A stretch of DNA of 63,464 nucleotides, counting the filler. It is 6 parts of 6 records of this genome, joined end to end, with 100 filler letters (N's around TTAATTAATTAA, not from the genome) between each part and the next. Parts side by side here need not be neighbours in the genome. Positions count along the whole stretch, not along the records: positions 21,427 to 26,981 come from SRR31147125_4127; positions 27,082 to 39,143 come from SRR31147125_4152; 4 more parts are not named here. One strand, 5' to 3'. Position 1 is the first letter of the stretch. Every line of letters starts with the position of its first letter. The translations under genes were made by a program, and so were the position numbers. Below are positions 21,427 to 34,800 of this stretch, in pieces. The notes under the pieces were generated by a model, which saw only the letters and a program-made list of their open reading frames with translations, ran no database searches and was not told where the DNA came from.

Positions 21427-22688
21427 AAAAAGATAAATATATAATTGATCCGATGCCTTATTGCAGTACCATAATTGGAATCGATCAATGCTGAAGCAGT
21501 AATACCTAACACACTAAATAGTAGTATTAAATAAACATATTTTAACTGTAGAACATTATAGTGATGCTTAAAACCTTTAACTGAATAAAAAATCATAATT
21601 ATTATTAATAACGCTTCAAATGATCCTAAGAACATGAATATATTTTGGATCTGCCATGGAAATGGTCCAAAAGTAAAATAAATAACTCTTATTGGCGCAA
21701 AAAGAATTATATCAAACCACGAATCGTAGTGCATTCCACTTAGATATGCTGAACCGCCAGATGCCCGATATGCCATTTCAGTATTGGCATATGATAGCAA
21801 TGTTTTCATAATATCCGAATTAATAAGAAAGTAAACAAAGACAATACTTATACATGAAAGAGAAAGTATTGATAAAAACCTTTGTAAACGTCTACTTTTC
21901 AAATAAAATAACAATAGACTAAAAAGAATTATTGTGGAGCCATAAACAAATAAATTTTGCATTCTTAAATAATAAAGAACAAATAACACAATAGGTATAA
22001 CGAATAATTGGATATATTTCTTGCTAATATAAAATCCTCCAAATCTCCATAAAATATCCATTGTCAAAAACAGGATAAGTGAATCTCTCATATTTAAAGA
22101 ATTAAAGACAATAATGGAAGGCCAAAATAGCATAAAAGCAGCGGAAATCAGAGCAGATTTCTCACTCTCAAAAATCAACTTGCTTAATCTATAAACCCTT
22201 TCTGCAGCTAGCACGCCCCATAAAGAGCACATAATACGCATAAGTATCTCATAATTATCTAATAACATATATACTATAGCATTGATTAAACCATAGAACC
22301 GAACATGAGCTGAAAAATATGTGTTATAAAATATTGGATTAGACTCAACAAAATTTTGTTTTATTTGTACCCCAGCTGTATAAAAATCATCCCACACATA
22401 CGGAAAAAAATGAAAAGAATGGTCGATAATGACTATAATTATTCGAATCAAAAAACCCATTAAAATTAAATTGCGAATTTTTATACCAAGATGGGCTTTC
22501 TGAATATAGATATAACAAGAGAATAGACTAACCATTAAAATTGTTAGTTGATATTCTTCGGAAAGTGGTACAATTAATACTGCCAGCAAAACTGGCAGAC
22601 ATGATAGAATATTTCTCTTATTATAAATACTCACTGCTCTTATCAGATTATAAAACTTGTCATTTAAATAGTGCTCAATTTCACTCAA
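21427..22688 (-). CDS. Polytopic membrane protein, probable polysaccharide polymerase (Wzy-like / GT-C fold); truncated
   Basis: Many TM segments; LNMRDS, GGSAYL, FTFGPFPW and NYGTAIRHR motifs; lies in a polysaccharide cluster. Confidence 0.65.
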
Positions 22689-22696
22689 ATATACTT

Positions 22697-23775
22697 TTAT
22701 CTAATCTTTTTATCAACAAATGCATTTAAGGTAGTCTCAAATTTATCTGTCGCTCTTTCCCACGTGAAATTTGCACTATGCTTACTTCCAGCAAATGAGA
22801 ATTCTTTCAATATCTCCGGATTTTCAAGGAATTTGATAATATTCTGTGCTAATTCGCGAACATCACCAGGTTTGCTGGCAAGCACGGTTTTACCATGAAT
22901 AGCATAATCCGGTATACCTCCGACATTTGTTGCCGCAACAGCGCATTTGCATGCCATTGCCTCCATGGCCGGTAAACCAAAACCTTCAGTCAAACTTGCG
23001 GAAATAAAAATATCGCAAGAACAATAGAGTTTGCGCAATTCTTCCAAATCCGGCCTTTCATGAAATTCTGTTTCCGGGGGAATATCATTACCTCTTTTTA
23101 AACCATACATCACCAATTGGATATCAGGATATTTTGTGCGTACAATTTCTATAGCGCTTAAAGCATCACTTATACCTTTCCATTTCTGCTGACTGTACAA
23201 CATTAAAATTCTTTTTTCTTATTAAAGACTTTACCATTATTATAAAAAGTTCTTAAATCAATACCATTCAATATGCACGCTACTACATTCCCGTTAAATT
23301 TTGTTTTCATGAGTTTTTCAAGCCATGAGGCAATAACAATCTGTTTAAGCGGTAATAGATAACTCTTATCTATTAATTCTTTATTTTCCTCCCAGACCTC
23401 ATAATGTTGAATAAAATAAAATTTTTCACCTTTTTGAGGGGCAAGTTTTGCCACTGAATGAGCAGTTGGCCATGCAGTTCCTATTACAACATCAGCATCA
23501 GTAATAAATTTATTGTGTATATAAGGAACACCCTTTATTTCTGCCTTCACAGAAAACCAGTTTACCTTGTTCCCTCTTATTAAATTAGCCAGTAATCCGT
23601 GAGCTTGTCGATACAATCGTTTCAAATTAAATATTTTGTCACCAAAGCGATAAGGGATAATGGGATAAATAATTGTGACCTTATGGCCTTTGTCAATGAA
23701 TCGATTTGCATATTCAAAGACAACCTTTATCCCTCCTGTGAGGCTTTTAAAGGGAATTATAAAAGTAATTTTCAT
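22697..23775 (-). CDS. Family 4 glycosyltransferase (WsaF-like N-domain); 1-nt frameshift in A6 run at 23212-23217
   Basis: ORFs 23203..23775 (TGGIKVVFEYAN, GTAWPTA, YFIQHYE) + 22697..23203 (EGFGLPAMEAMAC). One extra A gives KKKRILMLYS. Confidence 0.85.
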
Positions 23776-23809
23776 TTTTAATCAACAGTTTCCTATAAGA
23801 AATACAAAA

Positions 23810-25078
23810 CTAAGACTTTCGTATTAAGATAAAAGCAATAATCGCTATAATAATATGTTCAAAGATACGCATTATGGTTTGAAAAAGTCCAAGACCGAAC
23901 AGTCCACCAATTTCCATTATCCATGCACCAAATAAAATAAATGAAATAGTTTTCAGTGTTGAAACAAAAAAAATAATATTGGGACGTTTTAAACCATATG
24001 TAACAAATGCGACAATGGGTTCTGTCAAGACAGTGAATAAAAATCCAGGTATGAGAGCATCAAGAGGACCTGTACTCATTAAGTATTTTTTTCCGAATAT
24101 CAGGGCGACAAGTTCCGAACCAAATAGATAATAACCACCGAGTGCGACTAGAATAAGGGGTCCCCCTATTTGGAAGATCTTTTTAAAACCTCTTTTAATT
24201 AAATTCCAATCTGAGATACTCGCAAATCTGGGAGATAGAGCACTAATTACAGAAAGAGTTAAAATGTTTAAAATTTGTGAAACATTCAAAGCAACATCAT
24301 AAGCCGCTGCATCCGCGGTTTTGCCATAACTTCCTAAAAGTATAACAGCCCACCGTCTATATAAATATGTCAGGATACCAGCGAAAACAATCCATTTTCC
24401 AAATGCGAATATTCTTACAAAGTATTTTATATCATTTCTTATATTAAAATGATAAAAATGAGGAGTCTCCTTTTTTATTAACCACATTGGTACAATAGCA
24501 GAAATCCAACTGGAGAATGAAAGCATAAACCAGAAAAAAATTTCATTCAATATACTATATTTATATAGAAGAACCGATAGTGTTGACCATAGTAATTGTA
24601 TAAAAGATATTACAATGATTAATTGTGAGTAACGTTTAAACCTTTTTTGAGTTTGTAATAGTATTTCAGGAGAATGACAAATAGTCTGCCCGATTCCTAA
24701 TATAAGGGCAGCGAAAATCATGAAAAAATCAGGATGGTGAATAAAAAACGCAAGTAAAATTCCAAAAATAAGAAAAAACGAGCTAATAAGGACTCGTGAT
24801 CGGAGCAAACTCCAGAAACGATCATATTGCTCACTATTTTCAGACTGGCTTTCAAGAGCAATAAAAGCGGAACCTCCACCTACTTCAAAAATGGCGGTTA
24901 TAATTAAAGCCCATGAAAACAGAACGGCAATTTCACCATAAATTTCCGGTTCAATCAATCTCACCAGAATGACAGTTTTCAGAAATGTAAAAGCGGCAGA
25001 ACCGATACGACCAGTTGTGGTTTTAATTATATCTGTGTATAATTTTTTAAATTTCAAATTCCTCAAATAATTTTTCAA
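23810..25078 (-). CDS. wzx: Oligosaccharide flippase (Wzx family)
   Basis: Many TM segments; LVRLIEPEIYG and LIFGKKY motifs; cluster context. Confidence 0.75.
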   Translation of the reverse strand: MKNYLRNLKFKKLYTDIIKTTTGRIGSAAFTFLKTVILVRLIEPEIYGEIAVLFSWALIITAIFEVGGGSAFIALESQSENSEQYDRFWSLLRSRVLISSFFLIFGILLAFFIHHPDFFMIFAALILGIGQTICHSPEILLQTQKRFKRYSQLIIVISFIQLLWSTLSVLLYKYSILNEIFFWFMLSFSSWISAIVPMWLIKKETPHFYHFNIRNDIKYFVRIFAFGKWIVFAGILTYLYRRWAVILLGSYGKTADAAAYDVALNVSQILNILTLSVISALSPRFASISDWNLIKRGFKKIFQIGGPLILVALGGYYLFGSELVALIFGKKYLMSTGPLDALIPGFLFTVLTEPIVAFVTYGLKRPNIIFFVSTLKTISFILFGAWIMEIGGLFGLGLFQTIMRIFEHIIIAIIAFILIRKS

Positions 25079-25131
25079 AATAAATTAATCCACAGAGATA
25101 GAATAATACTTAAAAATAATTTCATAGGTCC

Positions 25132-26835
25132 TCAATAATTCAGCGACAACCCAATCCGAAACTCGGATCGGTTGCCAGGATAGCCCGGGAATAATATTTG
25201 AGACAATTCCGGAAATTTAGTTTCACTATCCGAATAACGATAATATAATTCGACAAAACCATTTCGGAGAACTTCATAGCGACCTGTAAAACCAAAAGAG
25301 GTGCTATTTTCCCGGATGCCATCCAAAATATCAAAATACAAAAAGGGGTCTTTTTCAACATCACGGGGACTGAGGATATCACCACCAAAATTCTTTTCCC
25401 CGGAATTTGCACCATGTCGTTGCCGTTCGTAAAATCCTTTTACAGACAATCGCCGGGAATAACGGTAAGCAAGTTCCGCGTATAAATTTTCCGCGTTCGG
25501 TCCGATCCAATGCCCCAAACCAGTGGTGAAATGGGTATAACTGGTTAAATCGAATTTGTGCGTATAAGTAAAGGGCCTTACCCGGGTAAATTCCACTCTG
25601 GCATCAACATTGGATAAACCCAACAGATCCACGTGAAAAGCACCAACCTGATAGGCGTATTTGTTCCCATAAAAACCTGTGCCCAGCTTTGAGGTAGTGA
25701 TATCGTCAATAAACAACTCTCCGTACAACTTTGTTTTCGGCACCAATTTGACTTCCACATCCAGGCCCATAAGCACATTATCCCGGTCACCCTGATAATG
25801 TTCCGCAGATCGAAAAAACATGACCGGATTTAAATAGCTTGGCTCAAATTGACGATCCGAATAAACAACTGTCTCGTAAAGGCCGATATCCAGCTCCTTC
25901 AAAGGTGAAAACTCTAACCGATGAGCAGCAAGGTATTTTTCCTGATGATTACCGTTAAAATAATCCGGCGTATACTGCTTGAGAACCGCCCACAAGCTGG
26001 TAAACTTTAACCTGTTGGTTTGCAGCTGGATTTTAACCTGATCATACGACGTGGCATTATCGGATAAACCCAACTGTCCGCGATAACCAGGCCCCCACCG
26101 ATTGCTGTCTTTGCCAAATTGGAGGGCCACATACTTGTATTTATAGGTCAAATAGGCAACTGTTTCGTCATGATAAAAATGGTCGCCGCCTCCTCTGACA
26201 AAACCAAGGCCTTCCCGGGTAAAATTATCAATGCCCGGATAAGCACGCGTACCCCATTCTTTGGTATCACGGATATCTGTTAGAAATCCGACATGCTCAC
26301 CTATCGAACCCCACAGGACAAATCCGTTTGTATCTTCAAAAACCCGTTCCTGATCAGACACGGTATCTGCCTCAGCATATAACCGGCCGCGCATAAAAAC
26401 AGGATCCCAATAAAACCGAAACGGCCCGTGTTCCAGGGCAAAAAAGTTACGCCCGTTTTCATAGATAAAACCGGGCAACCATGGCTCAATCCATTTATGC
26501 TGAACAATCTTGCTCCACCGGGATTCCGATTCAACAGAAATGGGCTCATATTTTTGCAATTCTTCATAAAATTCCCGCTGCAGAAACAACAGCTGCTCCA
26601 TCTCTGCCCTGGACAGGTCACCGCCAGCCTCGGAATATTTTTTAACCACATAAACAAGACTGGCAATTTCATCCCGTGTCATTGGTTTTGTGCCAGCTAA
26701 TACAACAGGAAGTACTCTTTTGACTTCCAGCCTGTCCAGATAGTCATAAACCCAATGAGAGGAAGGTACATAAACAGTTTGCGCCATAATAATACGGTGT
26801 GAAGCATCCCCAATGAGGCCTGACAAGATTAACAC
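25132..26835 (-). CDS. Capsule-assembly Wzi-like outer-membrane beta-barrel
   Basis: YVP..HWVYDYLDRLE N-domain; WGPG; KYLAAHRLE; GDRDN; LYGELFIDD; RPFTYTH; GHWIGPN; aromatic C-terminus (LSLNY). The true start may be slightly upstream. Confidence 0.7.
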   Translation of the reverse strand: MLILSGLIGDASHRIIMAQTVYVPSSHWVYDYLDRLEVKRVLPVVLAGTKPMTRDEIASLVYVVKKYSEAGGDLSRAEMEQLLFLQREFYEELQKYEPISVESESRWSKIVQHKWIEPWLPGFIYENGRNFFALEHGPFRFYWDPVFMRGRLYAEADTVSDQERVFEDTNGFVLWGSIGEHVGFLTDIRDTKEWGTRAYPGIDNFTREGLGFVRGGGDHFYHDETVAYLTYKYKYVALQFGKDSNRWGPGYRGQLGLSDNATSYDQVKIQLQTNRLKFTSLWAVLKQYTPDYFNGNHQEKYLAAHRLEFSPLKELDIGLYETVVYSDRQFEPSYLNPVMFFRSAEHYQGDRDNVLMGLDVEVKLVPKTKLYGELFIDDITTSKLGTGFYGNKYAYQVGAFHVDLLGLSNVDARVEFTRVRPFTYTHKFDLTSYTHFTTGLGHWIGPNAENLYAELAYRYSRRLSVKGFYERQRHGANSGEKNFGGDILSPRDVEKDPFLYFDILDGIRENSTSFGFTGRYEVLRNGFVELYYRYSDSETKFPELSQILFPGYPGNRSEFRIGLSLNY

Positions 26836-26981
26836 ACATATTGCGATTAATTTATATAGTAACTTTATTATTTTCCACCTCTACTCGGCGTCTATAATTA
26901 GAATCAATTTTACCTACAATTAGCTAAATCCTGGTTCCTCATTTTCCAAAGAATCCCGGCACTAAAGTCCCCCTTGGCCAA

Positions 26982-27081
26982 NNNNNNNNNNNNNNNNNNN
27001 NNNNNNNNNNNNNNNNNNNNNNNNNTTAATTAATTAANNNNNNNNNNNNNNNNNNNNNNNNNNNNNNNNNNNNNNNNNNNN
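26982..27081. other. Artificial contig spacer
   Basis: 44 N + ttaattaattaa + 44 N. Confidence 0.99.
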
Positions 27082-29027
27082 GATTATCTAAATAATATTT
27101 ATAAAATAGAGACTTCTGAAGTTCAGGCAGAAACGTTAACGAATAATCAGCAGCAGGTTCTGACTCTGTTACAAGAGAAGCCGGAAGAGCCGATGAAAGC
27201 TACTCCGACCATAACACCAGGCATAACACCAGTTGTTACTGGTACCGATGCTATTGGAACCGATATTGGAGTTGCTGCCGAAATGGTTAAAGTTAGCAGT
27301 TGGGTACTTGATGAAGAAAAAGATAATTTTATTATAGAAGACGACAGCTATTTTACAGCCGAAATTGAAATAAAAGAAAAAGAAGAGTGGGGAACCGTTG
27401 AAACGAGTGTTGAAATGTTTGATAAACAAACCGACGGCTCGTTCGAAATGGATGAGACTGTTTCAAATACTTCGGCAGAGAAAGAAGATGTTGGTCCCAT
27501 CCGACTTTCGTTAAACAATACTTTTAAGCACGAAATGTATCCAAGGCTTTATGCGTTGGCCATGAGCAGCGAGGAAGATACCGTTATAATTCCCAACGAG
27601 CCATATACGCCTTACGTAGAACGAATTACGGTTGATTACAAAGCATCGGCAGAAATTACACCCAATGTAAGCAGTGAGTCTGATAAGGAATTTGAATTGT
27701 ACCACGAACATCCGTTTGGGCAAGCCGAGGAGTGTGTGCTGCTAAAAGACGAAAGTGGACTTTTTGAAGATGTGGGAGTGCAGGTATTAAACCTTGTGCC
27801 CGCTTACGAAGAAGGTGGCGGACTATATATTGGTTTGGAAAATGCCATTAAACAGCAAACCGTTTCTCTGCTTGTACAGGTACTCGAAGGAAGCGAAAAT
27901 CCGGAAGCAGAATCGTTTGCAGAAGACGAAAAAGTGGAATGGTCGATACTTTGTGGAAACTACTGGCAAAGCTTGACCTCAAGCGATATAATTTTGGATG
28001 AAACCGGTAATTTTCTTACTTCTGGGTTGTTCAAATTTTCAATACCCTCCAACGCAACCGACACGAATACTTTATTACCTGATGGATATATGTGGCTGCG
28101 GGCCAAAATGACGAAAAAATACGATACGGTTTCAATGGCTCTCGGTATACATGCCCAGGCTGTTTCTGCTGAATTCTCGGATAATGATAACAACCTGAAA
28201 CATTTGGTTGATGGTTTGGCAGAAGAAACAATTTCTAAAATGGTAACCCGTTTGGCCAAGGTGAAAGGTGTTTTGCAACCCTACAGTTCGTTTAACGGTA
28301 AGCCCGAAGAAACAGACCAGGCCTATTACCGAAGAATTAGCGAACGGCTTCGTCATAAAAACCGGGCAATAACTTTATGGGATTACGAGCATCTTATTCT
28401 TCAGAATTTCCCGGAAATATATAAAGCTAAATGTTTAAATCATACCTGTATCAAAATTCAACAGGGCGTGCCCGAAGCGTGCACCGGAACAGCCGGTTCG
28501 CAAACAATAAGAATTTCCTCGCTCCGGGAAGAGTTGTAGTAGTGGTAATTCCCGACATTGTAAATAAGAATGTGTTCGATATTTACAAACCACGGGTAAG
28601 CCAGGCAACATTAAATAACATTCAGGAATTTTTAAACAAGTTGAATTCGCAGTTGGTACAGGCCAAAGTTATTAATCCCAGCTACGAAGAATTAAAAATA
28701 GATTTAAAAGTCAGCTTCCGAAAAGGCTACGATCAGCTGTATTACGAAAGTGTTTTACGCGAAGATTTAACGCGTTTACTCTCGCCATGGGCATTCGACA
28801 GAACAGCCGCAATACAGTTCGGGCTCTCGCTACATAAAAGCGTAATTATAAATTATGTAGAAAAACTGGGTTATGTCGATTTTGTAAGCAATGTAAAACT
28901 TTTCCAAACCATAGGAGATACCGAAACCGAGGTGAATGTGGCAATGCCTTCAAGCCCGGAAGCTATCCTGGTTTCGTCGAAAGAACACATTGTTGCTGAA
29001 GCAGATAATTATTGTTTGAACCAATAA
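27082..29027 (+). CDS. eCIS baseplate J / Afp11-like wedge protein; 5'-truncated, frameshift between about 28450 and 28505
   Basis: Frame open from contig start. YHEHPFG, DETGNFLTSG, QPYSSFNG..ET...YYRRISERLRHKNRAITLWDYEHLILQNFP..KAKCLNHT, then in the shifted frame FLAPGRVVVVVIPD...LSPWAF...LGYVDFV. Confidence 0.85.
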
Positions 29028-29042
29028 CAATACCGCCGGAAA

Positions 29043-31794
29043 ATGTCAGAAGTAAACAAACATATTACCATACCTAAAGACGTTGCAACAAGTAACGACT
29101 TAGATTATGCTTTTCTGCGCGAAAAAGGACAAGAGTATATCGAGAAATTATCGGGTAGCATTTGGACCGATTATAACTCGCACGACCCGGGTATAACCAT
29201 TCTCGAATTGCTGAGTTATGCCATTACCGACCTTTCGGCAAGAATTAATTTGCCCATTGAAAATATACTTGCTCCTTCGGATAGCCGAAATTCCGTAGAA
29301 GAACAGTTTTTCAATGCTATGCAGATATTGCCATCGAAACCGGTAATTGAAGCCGACTACCGAAAACTCTTTATCGATATTGAAGGGGTGAAAAATTGCT
29401 GGTTAAAGAAATACGAAAAGACTGTTTTTGTTGACTGCAAAAACGATGAGCTGTCTTATGATGAAAGCGACTTTAGCGATATCCTGCCACAGAATAAATC
29501 GGAATTTGTTTTAAACGGCTTATATAAAATACTTGTCGATTTTGATAAGTTTTCGGATGATGTTATTAAGGAAGATGAAATAGAACGCATTAAAAGCGAG
29601 ATAATAACACTCTACCATCAAAACCGGAACCTTTGCGAAGATTTAATTCAGGTCGATAAAGTTGAGGAACACCCCATTGAAGTTTGCGCAAGTATTGAAG
29701 TTGAGCCCGAAGCCGATGAAGAGAAAGTTCAGGCTTTGGTAGAATTGGCTATCGAGAATTATTTTTCGCCAAACCTGCGTTTTTATTCGCTTCAGGAAAT
29801 GTTTGATAAAGGCTACACTTCCGACCAGATTTTTGAAGGGCCAACATTATCAAACGGTTTTATCGATCCGGTTGAATTGGAAAACGCAAAATTGCGAACT
29901 CAAATAAGACTTTCTGATTTAATGCAGTTAGTTATGAATATCGACGGGGTGAAAATCATTAAAGACATGTCGATAAATGATACACGTGATCCTGATAATG
30001 AAAACGTCTGGTTAATTTGTGTTCAGCCTGAACAAAAACCGGTGCTTAGTATTTACAGTGCATTTAGTTATTACAAAGGAGTTTTACCAATTAATGTAAA
30101 TAGTAAAAAGGTAAAAGAATACAAAGAAGAATTCGAAGCTGATTTAAAAGAGAAGCAAGAATTGGCCAAAATAGGAATGGAAATTACTGTTCCGAAAGGT
30201 GATTATTTAAATACCGGAGAAACCACCACCATTCAAAATAATTTGCCCGAAACATACGGAATTGGGTTGGTAGGGCTTCCGGGCACTGCAACTACCGAAC
30301 GAAAGGCACTTGCAAAACAGCTGAAAGGATATTTATTATTTTTCGACCAGATTTTCGCGACTTACTTTGCGCATCTCGAAAAAGTAAAAGACCTTCTGTC
30401 GGTTGACAATACACTATCGAATACATATTTTACCCAGGCTGTTAAAGATATTGAAGGCTTCAGCGATTTGGTGAATAATTATCCGGAAGATGAAGCAGAA
30501 CTTAACGCTGAACTAATTTCCGATCCTGACAGAATAGAAAGAAAAGATGAATTGCTCGACCATTTATTGGCTCGCTTCTCCGAAAAGTTTAGCGAATATT
30601 CATTCCTAATGAAGGAATTGTATGGCAGTTATTCAGGGCAGGCGGTTGTAGATGCTAAAGAAAAATTTCTTTCGGAATACGGTGAAATTATTGACGACGA
30701 TAATAAAATACTAAACAAAGGAATAAGCAACTGGCGGGAAGTGCCTTTAACTATTTTAATAGGAACCGGCAGATATTTGGGATACCGAAAATGTGGCCGG
30801 GGCACAAAAAAGAATTGCACGTTTGTGTGGTGTGAAAGATTTTAAACGACGAGACCTCTCCGAATCGTTCGTTGAAATTTACGACTTGGTTAATGCCGAT
30901 GGAAAAACGGTGTATCGTTGGCACATAAAAAATAACGATGGAGTTTATTTCTTTTCGGCTACCGACGATTATGCCGCACCACGTTTTGCCGAAGACGAAA
31001 TGTACGAAGCCATTGTTAAAGTTGTTGAAATGACTCCGCAAGTTGTTCAGGATGCTTTTGAAGCAGGTGTAACAGATGGCAGTGTATTTGGAAATTTCCA
31101 GGTGCGCCGATCAAAAGACGATGAACCGGAAGCCGGAAAATATTCGTTCAATGTTATTAATCCTGAAGCAAATCCCAGCAGTGTTGATTACATAATTGCA
31201 CGCCAGTTTTTATACTACGATACGCTTGAAGAGTTGATGGCTGCAATGCTCGAATTAATTCGGTTTTTTACTGTCGATTTTGCCGAAGAAGGCATGTTTA
31301 TAGTTGAGCATATTTTGCTCCGGCCCAATGTACTTGCCGAAAGCGGATTAAAAGAACAGTTTATGCCGGTTTGTACCGAGCTTTGCGAAACGTGTCACCC
31401 CATCGATCCTTATTCCTACCGTGTAACCGTGGTTCTACCGGGCTGGACTTACCGGTTTAGCAATATGGATTTCAGAAACTTTATGGAAGAGTTAATACGA
31501 AAAGAATTACCGGCACATGTACTTGCCCGAATTTGCTGGATTGGCGACCGAAAAAATAATGTTCCTGAAGAGGAAAACGATATGCTTCGTTTTGAAGAAG
31601 CCTACAAAGAATTTTTGCTTGATATTACAAAGGCAGAACAAGAACAGGATACTGAAATACTGGGAGCCATGAAAGATGCGCTTACCAATCTAAATACCAT
31701 TTATCCAAACGGAAGACTTATTGACTGCGACGATGAGGATGATTCGCTGGAAGGCCGGATTATTTTGGGCCGTACAAACATTGGAAACCTTTAA
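29043..31794 (+). CDS. eCIS baseplate Afp12-like protein; frameshifts at about 30735-30762
   Basis: LSGSIWTDYNSHDPGITILELLSYAITDL, DYRKLFIDIEGVKNCW, RNLCED, IQNNLPETYG, QLKGYLLFFDQ, LDHLLARFSE; second half EGMFIVEHILLRP, DPYSYRVTVVLPGW, ELPAHVLARICW. Confidence 0.85.
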
Positions 31795-31805
31795 CAACAG
31801 AAGTG

Positions 31806-34800
31806 ATGGCATCGAAATTAACAGAAATTACTACCAAGTACCATACATTTGTCGATAACCAAGGCATTAACAAAAGACCAGCTAAACGAGTTTGTGTCTT
31901 ATCTTGATGATCAGGACAGACTCTCGCGGGTATTTCTCAGCGGAGTTGGAGTGGTTTGTGGTTTTAAAGTGTCAAAATCAGGAACGGGAATTTCCTTAAC
32001 GCCCGGCGTGGGAATAACCACCGATGGAGACCTTATTCAGCTTAAAGAAACCAATGCCACAACAGGAGAATTACAACTGGTACAAAACGCAGTTAGCTAT
32101 TCGCATTACAAAGTATTTGACGATGATGCTGCCAATTACTCGCCATTTCGGAAATTGGTTAACCTTGGAAAATTTAGCGATACGCGTATTACAATGTACG
32201 AACTGGTTTCCGCCGAAACAGAAAATGCACTGCCCATAAGTGGTTTGGCAGGTTGGGGAAATATGGTTGTGCTTCTTTACCTCGAATCGTACGGAAAAGA
32301 AGGCGATTTGTGTACTGCCATAGATTGCGACAACCAGGGAATTGAAGAAGTTAACAAGCTACGCATTTTACTTATTCCGAAAGCCGATGCCGATTACCTG
32401 GCTTCTAAAGACTCAATATATTCATCGCATAATGTGTTCGATTCTTATTTTAACCTTCCTTCGGTTGCAGTAAAACGCGTTGTGCTTAATCAAACCAACT
32501 CTTCAAAATACGAAGAGCTAAAACGTGCGTATTACGACGCCATCACCGATAACAGTATTGTAGCAAATTTATGTAAAGGTTTATTCCAGATTTATTCTAA
32601 TTTCGAAAGCCTGCTACAAACAGGTGTGTCGGTAGGAGATTTGAAATCCGCAATAACGGACTTGAAAGACATTCTTACTTTCAGTGCCTACCGGGTTCCT
32701 TTTAATATTCAGTATTGTTACGATTTCTTGAAAGATGTAGTAGATACCTACAACGAATTAAAGGCCTTACTACTTGATTTGAATGAAACCTGTTTCCCCG
32801 ATATTAAAGCTTTCCCAAAACATCTGTTCCTCGGTTATTTGCCCGATATAAATTTAGAGCCGATACCACTTCGACACGACTTTTATAAATCGCCAGCGGT
32901 AAGCTGTGGCAATCAGAAAATATTACAAGCCAGAAGTTTGATGCTGCGTATGGTTGAGCTTATTAATCAGTTCGGAACAATTTCGGGAGATATAAAAATA
33001 ACGCCTTCGAATAAATTGCCCGAGCTTAGCAAACGAACTATACCGTATTATTATGGTATAAGTGCCAACTTGCTTAAATCGTGGGATTATTTCAAAAGCC
33101 GAAGGTTTAAAGAGGATACAAATTTATGTTATCACACTGCTAAACTTGCTAACGAACCGCATATTCAGGAGCCTTTGGATTACAATACCGACTCTTTCGA
33201 TTTTTACAGAATTGAAGGACACCAGGGACAAGATTACCGCGATGTACTTGAAAAATTGGCTGAGTATAAAACACGCTATGGTTTATCGTTCGATGTAAAA
33301 GCTTTGTCGGTTAATATTAATAGCGAAACGCTTGATGTTGACGACTATGAATGCGAATTTGAAGACCTGAAAGTTATGCTAAAAGCCTGGACTGCCGAGC
33401 AGGATTGTATTTTAGCGCAGGTTTCAAACTTCTTCTCGGGCTTTAGTACAGCTGTACCCGGAACAAATGTTAAAGAAGCCGAACTGGATATACGGAAAAA
33501 GGAAATTGCAAATTATGCTTCTATTAACATTGCTTCGGCAAAAACAACAGCCGCAGTTACCAGCGAATTAACAAAAACTATTACCGCAACGTCATCGGTT
33601 TATCAGCCAATAATTGCCAGTAAGGTTGTTGAAGAGAACTTAATAACCACCGAAAATACACTTGGTGTTGAGGTTAAAAAAGCAATTGAAGCTAACGTTG
33701 GAGGTTCTGTAAATGATATTATCGCAACAGCCAGTAACAATTTAAAAGATATAGTTGATACAGAAGAGTGGAATGCCGCTCCCGATCTAAAAGAATTTGT
33801 TGTTGACAAGTCGGTTGAATTGCTGGCACACACACATGTTCTTACACAACGAATGCCTACTGAAATTAGCATTGTTGATACTCCAACCATCACCCAATAC
33901 AAATTATCGCTTTCTCAACTATGCAGTTTGGTTGCTAAATTAAAAGCCAGTTACCAATCGTCCGAATTATCCGAAGCCTTGAGAGCGTATATGGGTTTGC
34001 TTATTAATCAGCTTTCAACCATTTGCTGTTCGGGTAAAAAGCTCGAAATATTATTGGAAGAAGTGAACACCCGAAAAGACCAGATTCTTGCACGTTTGCA
34101 ACTTTCTAAATTTATTGAGCAACATCCCGGATTAGAACATAAAGCAGGTGTTGAACCGGGCGGTACTTTTGTGTTGGTTTATAAAAACAGCGAAGTTGTT
34201 TCGGATAAAACGGCCACGCTTACCGAAAAGCTAACTGCCGATACACTTGTTACTGCAACAGATTTGAATGTCGCAAAACTTGATATTTCAGAGAAAATAT
34301 TGAATATAGATAGCCTTTCGACGGTTGAAAAAACATCGCTGTTAAAAACTACTACCAGTTTGTTGAAGTACGAAAGCTATCTTGATACTTTAAGCAGAAT
34401 TGAAACACTGGAAAAAGTTATTGTAACAGCCGATGTACCGGATAATACAGTGGTGGCCGATTTTGCATTGCCATATATGTGTTGCTCCGATTGCGCATCA
34501 ATAAACTATATTATGGCAAAACCGGCAGCAAATTTACGACTGGAAAAAGATAGATATTGCTTATTAAGCGATACCGATCCGATATTGTTTGATGTAACAC
34601 CGTCAGATGGTGAAGTTAAGACCGATCCGGCAGTGGCAGGAATAAAAATTGAAGATAACAAATTGGTTATTATGCCCGACAGTTTCCCGGCTGATATGAT
34701 TGGCGAAACAATACGCTTTACAGTAAACAGCCAGGTTACCGATGCCGAATTAATCGTTTACCAGGGAGTTCAGGCTGAATTTACAGTGCCCGAAGAACCT

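Noticed and set aside
23203-23220. Programmed frameshift or phase variation in the GT4 A-run
   Set aside because: The run is only A6, with no canonical in-frame slippery heptamer or stimulator seen, and similar indels occur throughout the window.
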